NCBI GenBank assembly: GCA_965637545.1
Contig: OZ281500.1
Span: 2,046,001 to 2,110,000, forward strand
DNA length: 64,000 bases
Source: Phallusia mammillata
Lineage: Eukaryota
Direction of reading: 5' to 3'
Both the position numbers and the translations under genes were made by a program. Position 1 is the stretch's first letter; each line of letters opens with the position of its first letter. Below, one piece after another: positions 25,501-36,852 of this stretch. The notes under the pieces are model-generated. The model saw nothing but the letters and a program-made list of their open reading frames with translations, did no database searches and was not told the origin of the DNA.

Positions 25501-27069
25501 CATCAATTAGGTGACTTTAAAGCCCTTCAGGAGATGCATAAGGTTTGCCTTTTTTGCCATAATAATTACAGCCATACTTCATTTATCTGCATATTATTGT
25601 TTGCATAAAGTATTCAAATTGTACTACTGTTATGTTTTAACAGATTGATGCCCATGAAGATGATATAAATGCAGTCTGTTTTGCCGATAAATCTTCGCAA
25701 ATCTTATTTTCTGGTGGCGATGATGGTTTGGTTAAAGTTTGGGATCGGCGAACATTCTCCGAAAACAATGCAACACCAGCTGGAATTTTTGCTGGTCACC
25801 GAGATGGAATTACATTCATTGATTCCAAAGTGCGGACTATGTTTAAGACATTATTACAACTTTTAGAATAATAAACAATTGTGTTTAGGGTGATGCACGG
25901 TACTTATTGTCGAATAGTAAGGACCAAAGCATTAAACTATGGGATATGAGAAATTTTTCATCAGAATCTGCTGTCGACAGTGTAAGAAGGATAGTCTCAA
26001 ATCAGTCGTGGGATTACAGATGGCAAAATGTGCCTAGAGCATGTAAGTTTTTTTCCCTTGTATCACATCAACCTGTTTAATTGTCTTGCTACAGCAGTGC
26101 TTAGTGATAACTGATAATCAATAAAGGCTATCCTCAAAATTATATCATACAATCAATTATTTCCTCAAACACTCTACAAATGTAAGCGCACAATTTGCAT
26201 AAAATGTGAATAGGTTTTGTTTTATACTTTACAACAAAAGGACATTGTTTGTTAGCTATTAGATAGCAGTTTTTTATGTTAATAAACACAACTTGTGGTA
26301 GGCTCTAAATGATTTTTTGTAGTGCGCAGACACAAACGAGCAGTGGATGGTGACACATCTGTACAGACATATACTGGTCACAAAGTTATGAACACACTGA
26401 TTCGCGCAAGGTTCTCCCCAGTTCACACAACCGGAAATCGATACATTTATTCCGGATGTTCATCTGGACGAGTTTTCGGTAAGCAATGGTTTATGGGTGT
26501 ATTTTCCCTGTGGTTTACACTTAACTGAAAACTTACTGTTACCCAGCAAGTTAAAACTATATATTTACAGATTTTCTGCAAATATTTTCAGATTTTTTAT
26601 CTCAAAATCTATTTTATTTACAGTGTATGACCTTCTGACTGGAAAAGTTGAAACAAAACATAAAATGCATAAGCACTGTGTCCGAGATGTTCATTGGCAT
26701 CCATACGAACACCAAATGATGTCAAGCTCGGTATGTACAATTAAAATAAAACTCTGAACTTAAAATAAACTTTTTTGTGGATATGAATGTTATTGTGTAA
26801 TAAGTCAACATTTCTGTTCATTTGGACAAGGTTACCTCGCACCTATGATAATAATAGCTATAGTTTAACTTTCAACAACAACGTTTACTCACTATGTACA
26901 AGCCTACGCTGTTTTATTATTTATTTGTGAAGTATGTGGCTCTTTGGTAATGGGTTGTTGGGTGTTGTGAAGAACCACATAAATGTTATAGATAGTTAAA
27001 CTCAAGAACTTATTATGTTTACAGTGGGACGGTACAATTGCTGAATGGGAATGGAAGGCAGAACAATGA
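22560..27069 (+). CDS. DCAF11: DCAF11/WDR23, WD40 substrate receptor of CRL4
   Basis: Encodes MGSR.., LALMLRRGQVRLV, FCGTYSRDG, ARDVGWSVLD-like AKDVGWSVLD, HEDDINAV, GGDDGLVKVWDRR, GHRDGITFIDSKGDARYLLSNSKDQSIKLWD, WDYRWQ and CVRDVHWHPYE, matching human DCAF11. TGA at 27067-27069. Confidence 0.95.
22928..23059. mobile_element. Small inverted-repeat element; partial copies at ~23711-23790 and ~13485-13501
   Basis: CTATTTCTGGCTTGGTGATTGT..GCTAAT is inverted to ATTAGC..ACAATCACCAGGCTGGGAATAC. The motif CAGCTATTTCCGGCTTGG recurs in another DCAF11 intron and in a ULK4 intron. Confidence 0.55.
24729..24907. mobile_element. hAT-like MITE in a DCAF11 intron
   Basis: Perfect 13-bp TIR CAGTGGTGGGATT / AATCCCACCACTG; internal repeated GAACCGG motifs; TSD not evident. 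Confidence 0.75.
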
Positions 27070-27139
27070 CTATCTACATTTTAAGATTAGTTGTAGTTTA
27101 ATTGTTTACATAATTGCCATAAGTATGTTTTGCATATCG

Positions 27140-27398
27140 CTACAGCACGTTCAATTTCAAACTGCAAGGTTTTATCAGTGCAGTTGGTGATGAGAGATCG
27201 GCCTTTCGTTTTCAAGCAGTTGCTTAGCCGTTGTGAGCCATCTGTCTCTGTGGTTTATGTACAGTTGTGGCAGCAAACAGAATAGGTGAGGCATGGTTTT
27301 TTAGCCTTTTTAGTGCTGCGGCTACACTGGTCAATCTCTCATCACCCGCTGCACTGATGAGACCTTTGTAGGTCGAAACAGTGTGCACTGTCTGTGGC
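27140..27398. mobile_element. Fold-back hammerhead-bearing element (family A) downstream of the DCAF11 stop
   Basis: Left arm 27172-27203 is the reverse complement of the 5' half of the ribozyme at 27329-27360. The body is homologous to 11437-11560. Confidence 0.75.
27348..27398 (+). ncRNA. Type I hammerhead ribozyme, core apparently intact
   Basis: GCTGCA (stem I) - CTGATGA - GACC TTTGTA GGTC (stem II) - GAAA - CAGT GTGC ACTG (stem III) - TC - TGTGGC (stem I, two G-U pairs). Predicted cleavage after GUC at 27392. Confidence 0.8.
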
Positions 27399-28201
27399 AT
27401 TTCAAAACAGTACTCTGATATTATGTATTTTTAATGAACAGCATGTCAAAGTGATATTATGTTCCTTTATAATGATCCTTGTGTTATTGATATAATTTTC
27501 ATGCAAATTATGTTTTGTATGTGTGAAAATACGCACTTTTAACAAACGTTTATCAAGTGTTGCTTGCGTACACATGCTAAATGGTATTCTTAACATGAAA
27601 CCTATTAGTTTTATGAGTGACATGCAAACTTTCTATTATTAACTTCTTTTAAATTTTGTTCTTTTCCTCAGCTAATTGAATATATATCAATAAGAATTAA
27701 ACAGTTTGTTCCAAGAAGAACCGTTTATGTGAAGCCGAACAAGGTAAAAATAAATGAAACTGCAACATTATACTATAACAGTAGCAGTGTTTGCTAAACC
27801 AGTTAAGTTTGTTTATGTTTAGACAGTGGTACTGTAAAAGTTGTCTTGATTTTCATTTTATTTATCAAATTGGGGTCCCAAGTATATAAGTATGTTGCAC
27901 GCAGTAAATATAGTACATTGTAGGGCTATAAAAGGAATATTGCTGGAATTAATTCAAACAATCACAATCAAGTGACTGTCAAAACCCTAGTGCAATATAT
28001 AGTCTCCTTAAGACTACCACCAAAATCTGTATATCAGGAATTCACAAATGATTTAGTTTGAAAGGTGCATCTTGCAAAAGCAACTCAAGGTTGGCAACCC
28101 CTGGCTTAAACCAATGTGTTAAAATACAATATGCCACAAACAACTGCAACAGTAGCAAACTTGTGGTTTGCATCGGCGTGGGAGAACATATAAGGGCCAA
28201 T

Positions 28202-28823
28202 TTACTTATTTCCCAAAATTCCTGTCAGCAACTGGCAAGCATTCTTGACCTCAGTATAGTGATGGACTTGAAACAGGTTTTCACACTTTGCACCCTCAAT
28301 CATTGCCGACAAGCCTAAGGAAATGAGTAAGAGACATGTTTATACTTTTAATTTGAACACGATTATTACATGTTACTTACGCTTGCCACTGGAGGGACGA
28401 AACAGGCAGATAACTTTTTTCTTCATCTCGATAGCCCTTCCTAATTCATATCCGACACCAAGAGAGGGGGTTGTTACTTCAGCAACAACAACTAAACAGA
28501 GAAAACTTTAAATATCCTATTATACAAAAAGCAACCAACATTTTACCATCAGAACTTTGTAGCCAGCTCATGTCACGGTCATGAATTTGTTTATCGGTCA
28601 ACTTGGCATCATCTGGAAATATAAGAGTTTAAAACACATCTATATTACATATTTTTAATTTTGGACCTATCTGAATTCCTTCTTCATTGAATTTGTCGCT
28701 TCCAACATGTTCTGTGAAAACCTTGCCAAAGGATTTTAGGTGCGTGATTATCTCGTGATAGATTGCTGCGTCATTGCGTCCTCCTCGAATGCTACCACAG
28801 AAATATATGGACAGTTTTGACAT
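28202..28823 (-). CDS. DNPH1: DNPH1/Rcl 2'-deoxynucleoside 5'-phosphate N-hydrolase, 4 exons
   Basis: MSKLSIYFCGSIRGGRND..VFTEHV, then DRDMSWLQSSDVVVAEVTTPSLGVGYELGRA..CLFRP..RLSAMI. Family motifs are intact. TAA at 28202-28204. Confidence 0.93.
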
Positions 28824-29414
28824 AGTTTGGCTATAAATACTGAAACTGTAAACGTATTCAATAATTACATCAAACAAATTTCTGCAACTCGTTACAAAAC
28901 ACGGGGTTCACAAGCTAATGCACAAACGTCATTACAAGCCGCACATTGAATGCAGAACCCTGCAAAGATAAATTTCTAATTCGTTTTTATAATTTTGCAT
29001 CCACGTGCGTATAACTGTGATAATGGTACTTTCCCAAAATCGAAACATAAACAACAACAAAGAGCAAAAAGCGAACAAAAGAAAATGTTAAAATATTTTC
29101 AAGACAAATTAAGGCAATGAAAGACATTAGGTCGTTAAGTTCGTTTCTTTCTCATTTTTTTGGTTTAAAAGTATTTTTTAACTTGAGGAGAGTGCAGTGA
29201 AGCGTAACACAATTAAGCTGCACTTGACTTTCTTTACCTTTATTGCTCTATCAGCAAAAACTTGTTTTTAAATGCTGTAATTTTTAGTGATACTTACTAG
29301 TAGTTCTTGTCTTTACCTATTTAGTATTTGATAGGGTAAATGTGACAAAGCCTAATGGCGCGACTTTAAATTTAATTCCATATGTAATTGCTGTACATCA
29401 GTAACCTGGTGAAC

Positions 29415-31794
29415 ATGGATAATTGGCGACAATTTCGCACTGAAGTAGAGGAATTGGAGAGAATAAACTTGATTTCACTTCCAATGATCAAGCGATGGTT
29501 TCTTCTACTTGGAACCACTGTCGCAATATTTTGTTATTTGTGGAACAGCATATTCCGGGGAACCGGTTTTGACCACTTTCCTGCGTCAATGGTACATTTC
29601 GAGAATGACTACAAGTCAAAAATAACATTCATGTCCGAGGCTGAAGCAAGAAAATTCCAGCTAAGAGAAATTAACATTGTTATTACTGCTTCAAGTAAAC
29701 AGATAGAAAGAAAATCACCAAAGGTAATATATATATTAGCTTGAAATATATATGGCTTAAAGCAGGGGCGGGCAACTTCTCCAGTCGGCGGGCCTGATAT
29801 GGGAAAATAAAGTACTTGGCGGGCCGGATTCCCGAATCGATACATTAATCGCGTATTTATCCAGTGATTTGAAACGGATTTTTGACCACCTAAACCAGTG
29901 GTCTTCAACCATTTTAGCGAAATCGCCCCCTTGCTAGGGCACTGACTCAATATCGCCCCCCATTATATCGTTATTTTTTAAAGTTCTTGACTCTTGAGCA
30001 TTTGCGTGCAATTAGATTTACCCAGCACCAACGAATGCTTATGTTAACAGTTTAAACCCAATTTAATTGCTACAACAACACTGAGGGTCAATTTCACGCA
30101 ATTCTAATGCATCCAAGCAAAGTTTGTGACATCATAGACAAGATAACATCATACGATTATCGCAAACAATAGCTATTTTTGTTTTTTTGATTAAAAGTAA
30201 TGGGGCATTACTCGGCAAAAGAGAAACCTATACATTCCACATTAATAACTTACACTAGATTTATCAAATTTAAGGAGGATACAAAAACTTTGCAGTTTCT
30301 GAAGCGCTAGCAGACCTATAGAAAGTGTAAAAGTGAAACAAGTTTTAGGGAAAGTTCGTTACCGTTATATTAAAAAGGTATAGCCGGTCACCATACATAG
30401 TGCATACACCACAGACTTAGATAGTTTTTTTTGCTTAGATAGTAACGGCGGGAAAGTTTTTTGCTATTGGGGAGCGTTACTGTCCGTTACAACTATAATT
30501 TGACGTAGTATGCAAGTAGTGGGGGATTGCGGCAGACTGTGGCCGCGGGCCACATTACCATGTATGACCCGGAAACTGTCTGCCAGCCGCTCAAAATCCC
30601 GTCGCGGGCCGGATCCGGCACGCGGGCCGTATGTTGCCCGCCCCTGGCTTAAAGAGTTTTAGTTTTAATGGTATGGGTGTGAGCATTTTTTAACATTAAT
30701 TCTTTATGTCTGTTTTTAAAACTGCAAAGCTTACATAGAAATAGCGCACTGATGTTTACATTAATTCTATTTGAATAAGGAACTGAAGATGTCATCAGGC
30801 AAAATATATATATTCCAAGATATTCATTGTCAGATTTCGTTACTAGGAAAATACTTTCCATTCTTAGTTGACTGTTTACAAGTTTGGTTAAGCGTTTGGC
30901 AAACTTATATATTTTCAGTTAAATGTGCAAATCACTATTTTTCAGGAACACTTGGAACCCAGCATTGTGAAAGATGCTGTGGTCACAATGAAGTCCACTG
31001 TTATGCACACAAAGAAAGTGATTCACTTCCATATATTCACCACAGACCACTTGTACCAGTATTTTATTGCTAGATTGGACAATTGGCCTAACTATATTCG
31101 ACACAGAGTGTCCTTCAACTTTTATCCCACTGTATATCCTGAAACTGTGTCTGGTGAATATGAAGATGAAAACGATGAGCCTTACCGATCTCCTCTACTT
31201 TTTGTGCCACATATTTTAAAAGAAATAGATCATGTTATGTTTATCCGGCCTGGTGGAGTGTTTTTACAATCTGTTGACCTTCTTTGGTCCAATATGGAAG
31301 ATTACAACACAGACAATGTCTTATCTTTGGCCCCATTTGATATAAACTCCATGTGTCCTGTTTCAAGAGAAGCTCTAACAATCGACAAAGTATATAGTTC
31401 ATCTGTAATCCTGCTGGACCTTTACAAGCTTAGAACAGCTGTTTTCCACGTCCCTGTAAAAATGAATGGTTATAATCTTGAGGATGCTGAAACAGAACTG
31501 ATGACCTGGAGCCCAAGAATGATTCTTTCTCATGTTAAGACTTTTTCCTCAAAACTAATGGTCACAGAACAAGACATTCTAAACCTAATGGCTTACTATA
31601 ATCCCCAAACTGTTAAGCAACTTAGTTACAAATGGAATTTTAATGCTAACAAGCAACAAAGTGCACGCTCAATGTTAAAATCATTTTTAATCTTTTCCAG
31701 TTTTGATAAGTGGAATTTGAAATTGAAAAATCACATTTTAAATGCAGATTTCAGAAATCATACACTAACTGACTTATATTTGCAAACTTCTTAA
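29415..31794 (+). CDS. GT8 glucoside xylosyltransferase (GXYLT)-like type II membrane protein lacking DxD; 2 exons (29415-29723, 30946-31794)
   Basis: N-terminal TM WFLLLGTTVAIFCYLW. TMKSTVMH..IHFHIF..RLDNW..LFVPHILKEID..QDILN..WNF aligns to GXYLT1/2. One GT-AG phase-0 intron. Confidence 0.78.
29763..30646. mobile_element. hAT-type non-autonomous element with a nested MITE fragment
   Basis: TIRs CAGGGGCGGGCAAC and GTTGCCCGCCCCTG; perfect TSD GCTTAAAG (29755-29762, 30647-30654); nested CAGTGGTCTTCAACC start at ~29896. Confidence 0.88.
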
Positions 31795-32749
31795 TCCATA
31801 TTTAATGACAAACAAAAATCGTTTTTGTTGAATACAACCAGCACTGAACTAATGTAAGCATTAGATTTGAACTATATTAAGACATACTGTATTTTTTTAT
31901 TGCACAACACAAAATTTCTTTTTTTGCCATGTGGCAGTGTTAAAGCAGGTGTCCTTGTTTTTTACATTGCTTGTTTTATAGCATTTGTTTCGGCATATAC
32001 AAAGAAAGTCTTGTTTGCTTTTAAAAAGAAAAAGTGTTTTTGCATTCAACTGTTTTACTGTTGTTTCTGAATATTAGGTGCTCAACAGGTTTTTGTAATC
32101 GTGTTGTACTACAATCCAACACACATTCTGTAGTACACTGTATTTAATGATGTTATTGTTTGTAGCAGTTAATTTGCACTTGGCCATTTTGATACATTGC
32201 TTTATTTGTGCGGTGCCATGCACTATTAAATCGCTATGTTTTGTACTTTTTTCAATTAAACCATATATATTGTTGGTGTCTTACCTACTGCATACCATTA
32301 ATCAAGGTTTTTGAAAAAGTCTTTCCAGGATAGTGTGCAGTGTGGCAGGATGTGCAAATATAATGAAACACAAATATTTTGTATTAATAGAACGCAGAAG
32401 CGCGAAAAAGCGATAAATGTTTTGGGAAAAGATTGAAGTTGTTAAATTTACGTCAAACGTGCATATTATGTCTATGTGACAATAAAAAATGCTGCACGCT
32501 TCATGGCTTCAGCGACATGGCGACGATTCAACTTGTCCAAGCTCAGTAGCTGCGTGCAACCGTGCATTTTTTCGTTGTTAAATTAGTTGCATGTCAAACA
32601 CTGGAATCTGAAATGTAAAATATCAGACATGTTAAATCACGATTGTACTTTTAAATTTGCAGCTTCAACTTAACTCGTTTTTTAAGTAAAACATAATAGG
32701 ATGACTTAAACGACATTTTGTGCATAGCATCAAATATCCAAAGGTTACA

Positions 32750-35700
32750 ATGGATACCCAAAACACAACGTTCGAAAATTTGTATGTAGAACTAACTGGA
32801 ACATCCCCAAATGTTTGTGATGGCAAGAAAGTCTTAAGTATTGTGCATCAACTCAACGATGTTAACTACAGAATGAAGCTACCTTTCTTGACCAAATGGA
32901 CTTGTACAGACATGGTAATGTTGTTACTGGACAAAATAAAGGAATTTAGGTTGTGTGGGTCTGATATACAGCCCTTTCTTCAGTTGATAATGAACATCGC
33001 TGCAAAGCAAGAGATAATAGTCTGTAGTATGTCTGTTAATGTAATACTTCATGGCTTGAAGGATTTATTGTCTATTTACAAGGCAAGCATGACTTTTCAA
33101 ATCCACAATGACATGCTTGGTTGGATATGGGGTGCTATTTCTGCTGTGGTTTATGGCAATGGTGCCTATATTATCCCTGACACTGTGAATTGGCTGCTAC
33201 AGGAGCATGAGTTTATTGCCAGTTTATCAGGATACGAAAACTCCCATTTGCTGGAAATCAAAAAAATGTACATTCAGTGCCTGACTGGGATATGTCTATC
33301 GTCTGAAAGTCGAGAGCAACTAGCTGATGAATACATGGTTCAGTGTCTAAAGATATTTATCACTGTGTTACAGTCAACCAGCAAAGCTGTGGATGTATCT
33401 TTCTTTAAGCTCATGTATTCAGCACACAAAGGACTACACAACATTCTAGAGCATAGTTCCGGACTTCATGTAAATGATATTGGACCATTGCTTGCTTCTT
33501 TAAAGAGGCACCTGGTATTTGGATTGCCTTTTGCAGCTGGTGATTTGCCAACCGTCCTTCATCCCCTTCCAATCCCGGAAGCCATGAAGGTTCAGTCCAA
33601 CACTCCCCAAAGATCTGGGAGAAAACGAAAAAAGAAGAACAGATCAAAGTCAAGTGAAAGAGGTGGAAGTGCAAATCGAAGTTTAAACTCCAGAGGAAGT
33701 TCATCCACACAAGAAACAGACCCTTCGGTTCATGATGCTCAAGTCAATGGCAAACCATCTGTCAACAGCAGCTTCATTCCAGGAATAGTCATGGACCCTA
33801 GTGGGCAACTTATGTTCATCACAAGTTCAGAATCTGAGTTTTCTGATACTGAAGCAGGGCAGCGATCAAAAATGCATTCATTTGCTTTAAAAATTAGGCA
33901 AATTGCATTTGGAAACTTATATCTTGTGATAAGAAAGACCAGTCGACACATCATGTTTGGATACTGGAACTCATTTTTGCAGAGTACTGTTTCAACATCA
34001 GATATTTCGTTGTTGTCTTGCATTGTCAATGATCCTGCTCCAAAAGCCAGGGTTGCATCACTGATGGTGTTAAGTGCTATGGTTGAAGGTAGCAAGCAGT
34101 TTTTATCTCTGGTTTGCAAGGAATCTGTTTCAACTTCTTTTGTTCCGTTTTCGGGTTTGATTACATCTGCAATTCATGCATGTCATGAAACGTTACTGAC
34201 AGCAATTGGCAAAGAGAGATCGTTGATAACACAAGTGCACATATTAAAAGCATTAGCATCAATTGCAGGTAATACACCATACTCCAAGTTACAGCATGGC
34301 ATTATTGGAAAAATGATTATAAATGTTCGCCTGTTTATGCAAAAAAATCCGGATGCAGACAGTCAGATAGCAGCATTAAATGTGTTTGTGGCATTGTTTA
34401 GTCATGACCCTGCATTGGAAGAAGTAGCATGTGGCATTTCTGATGTAAAATATGTAAACACAGATTCTTCACCATTTTCAAGGCAACTTTCAAAACCTCT
34501 TTCCACAACCAAACAAAACTTTTCAAGCTCCTGGCTTGTTGACCATTGTTTGGAGTTGCTTGATCTGGAAAATGAGTCTGTGTCCTTATCACTCCGGGTT
34601 GCCTCATTGCAAACTTTGACTGCTTGTTGCAAGCCATATTTTGTTCTTGCAAAACCATCCGTTGCCAAATTTAAGGAGGTCATTTACAAGTGTATGCATT
34701 TTGATAAAGTAAATATTAGACTCCATGCTTGCAAACTATTAGAGATGCTTGGTACCTGTCTGTTACATAACAGTCAAGGTTCAGAACACTCCTCAGTAGA
34801 CATTAATGATAATGTAGTTTTATGGGATTTTTTGCTGTCTGGTCCTTTGCAAAACATTACACAAAGTGATGAAGATCCAATTATTCGCAGTCATTTGTGT
34901 GACTGCCTTTCAACAATCGGGCCTTCTGTGTTTGAAATGCTTTCCAGAAAATTACAAGTTTTCTGCCAAACTGTACTGCTGGGCTATACAAGTGATGATA
35001 ACTACTTAGTAAGGTCTGCAGCAGTTCGTTCGTTGGCTGTACACATCATGTATCCATTCCTGAGAAAAGACATAGCATTTGTGGAAGATGTTGCATCATG
35101 TATTCTTCGATTGATGCATGATCCAATAAAAAGTGTTCAGTGCAATGCGGCCTGGTCTTTTGGAAATCTAACAGATGCTATTATTGTAAGTGTAGAAGCA
35201 GATGAAACATTCCGGGACAGAATTGGAAACAAAACCCTGCTTGATTTGTTTGAGAATGCAGTGGAAGTAATTGACAACAAAGATAAAGTACGATTTAATA
35301 TAATGCGTGTGTTGGGAAACCTGCTTAGATTTTGTACCAACAAACACCTCCAAGTTGAACGATTAACCAAAGTGATGCTTAAAGCAGTTAACATTGTGGC
35401 TACTGGAGTAACCAAAGATTCACTTATGAAAGTACGTTGGAATGCTTGTTTGGCTTGTGGGAATTTTCTAAATAATGTTAACCTTCCCATTGGAAAGTCA
35501 GAATGGACAGATTTAGTGTATGATGCTCTTTGTGAGGCTGTATCCAAATCTAAAAACTACAAGGTCAGAATTAAAGCAGCTGCAGCTTTGAGTTGTGTTC
35601 AGAGCAGAGCAAATTTTGGTCTAAAGTTTAATGATGTGTGCTCCTGTATTACACAAAGCTTACAGAACCTTGTCACAGAAACTACACAGGATTTCGAGGA

Positions 35701-36076
35701 GTTTCGCTTCCATGATCGTTTAAGTGAACAGCTGTGTTGCACATTGCTACATTTAGTTAAGCTGATGCAACTTGAGGATTTTCAGATCTTTGTTTTAACA
35801 TTCCCAGAGATAGAAACTTATGTAAATCTTAAAGAACAACTGGGAAACTGCTATGATGGGATTCAGAAACGCTTAACTGAAAAATCTGAAATGCAACAAG
35901 AATGCATGCAAGAGGCATACATTGCATTGGGACAACTCCTGGACAAGGACAAGATGGAGTTGTTTAAGTTTAGTGCAAGAAATTGGAATGTGTTGTTGGA
36001 AAAAGACCTAAAGGAGCTTGAAGCTAAAAACTTTAATTATAAGTGTTTGACAGATGTTTTCCCAAACAAAGTTTAA
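32750..36076 (+). CDS. HEATR6: HEAT repeat-containing protein 6, single coding exon
   Basis: Uninterrupted ~1108-codon ORF with SSESEFSDTEAGQRSKMHS..KIRQ..FGYWNSF, DPAPKAR, NAAWSFGNL, MKVRWNACLACGN and NYKVRIKAAAAL, matching HEATR6/DUF4042. Confidence 0.9.
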   Translation: MDTQNTTFENLYVELTGTSPNVCDGKKVLSIVHQLNDVNYRMKLPFLTKWTCTDMVMLLLDKIKEFRLCGSDIQPFLQLIMNIAAKQEIIVCSMSVNVILHGLKDLLSIYKASMTFQIHNDMLGWIWGAISAVVYGNGAYIIPDTVNWLLQEHEFIASLSGYENSHLLEIKKMYIQCLTGICLSSESREQLADEYMVQCLKIFITVLQSTSKAVDVSFFKLMYSAHKGLHNILEHSSGLHVNDIGPLLASLKRHLVFGLPFAAGDLPTVLHPLPIPEAMKVQSNTPQRSGRKRKKKNRSKSSERGGSANRSLNSRGSSSTQETDPSVHDAQVNGKPSVNSSFIPGIVMDPSGQLMFITSSESEFSDTEAGQRSKMHSFALKIRQIAFGNLYLVIRKTSRHIMFGYWNSFLQSTVSTSDISLLSCIVNDPAPKARVASLMVLSAMVEGSKQFLSLVCKESVSTSFVPFSGLITSAIHACHETLLTAIGKERSLITQVHILKALASIAGNTPYSKLQHGIIGKMIINVRLFMQKNPDADSQIAALNVFVALFSHDPALEEVACGISDVKYVNTDSSPFSRQLSKPLSTTKQNFSSSWLVDHCLELLDLENESVSLSLRVASLQTLTACCKPYFVLAKPSVAKFKEVIYKCMHFDKVNIRLHACKLLEMLGTCLLHNSQGSEHSSVDINDNVVLWDFLLSGPLQNITQSDEDPIIRSHLCDCLSTIGPSVFEMLSRKLQVFCQTVLLGYTSDDNYLVRSAAVRSLAVHIMYPFLRKDIAFVEDVASCILRLMHDPIKSVQCNAAWSFGNLTDAIIVSVEADETFRDRIGNKTLLDLFENAVEVIDNKDKVRFNIMRVLGNLLRFCTNKHLQVERLTKVMLKAVNIVATGVTKDSLMKVRWNACLACGNFLNNVNLPIGKSEWTDLVYDALCEAVSKSKNYKVRIKAAAALSCVQSRANFGLKFNDVCSCITQSLQNLVTETTQDFEEFRFHDRLSEQLCCTLLHLVKLMQLEDFQIFVLTFPEIETYVNLKEQLGNCYDGIQKRLTEKSEMQQECMQEAYIALGQLLDKDKMELFKFSARNWNVLLEKDLKELEAKNFNYKCLTDVFPNKV

Positions 36077-36852
36077 CCCCTTATGATTGCTGTTGCAATG
36101 TTATTGTCATTTCCATTGAAAGCATTTTATTAATTTAATATTAAATTAAAATAGAGCGTAAAATTTAACTTAAAGCTACTAGTTGCATTTTATGTGTCAT
36201 GATTTACCGCTTTGTTGGCAGATAAATGTAACATGTTGTCAGTATATGATTGTTCCATTGCTAAATGTTTTTTTTTTCAAATGTCTCATATACCACGTCT
36301 GTAAACCGCATACTTTTGTGTGTGAAAAAGTTACGTATTAAAGCACTGTTCCACGTGTTTCTAATCGAAATTTACGTTGTTTCATTTTGAAATAGTCAAA
36401 CAGTTTACTATTTAGTTTAAATTGGAGAAAAAGATGAGAATTGACAAGATTGTATCCCATTATTTAGTCAGGATATGTTGACATCAGTCTTCCATGGCGA
36501 AAAAGGTTGAGGCAGGTCCACTCCCCAGTAATTGTTTTAAAAGTACTACATTATTAAAACTGCCATCGAAACCACGAAAAATTACTTGTTTGTTTTGGAG
36601 CGGTTTGTAAATTGTGAAACATAAAAATCAAGTTTTAAATTTAACATGCTTTCATAAAGTCACGTGACAAAACTTGCGCACGCTGTGAAAACTTTAATTG
36701 GTTTTGACTCGAGCGAGTTATGCAAGATTGCAAATGTTTGTTTTAATTTTGCTTTGTAGTAAGTTATGTTGATGAATGGCCCACAGCGTAATAAGTTTTG
36801 TTGCAGGTAGTTCGCTGTAATTGCCTTTTAGGTTAAGTTATTACCAATAGCC

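Noticed and set aside
28660-28680. Possible GA donor in DNPH1 intron 1
   Set aside because: A same-phase GT donor (ATAG|GTCCAA) 12 nt further on gives a normal 54-nt intron.
33411-35547. Antisense ORFs of 60-136 aa inside HEATR6
   Set aside because: Expected shadows of a long coding exon, with no independent motifs.
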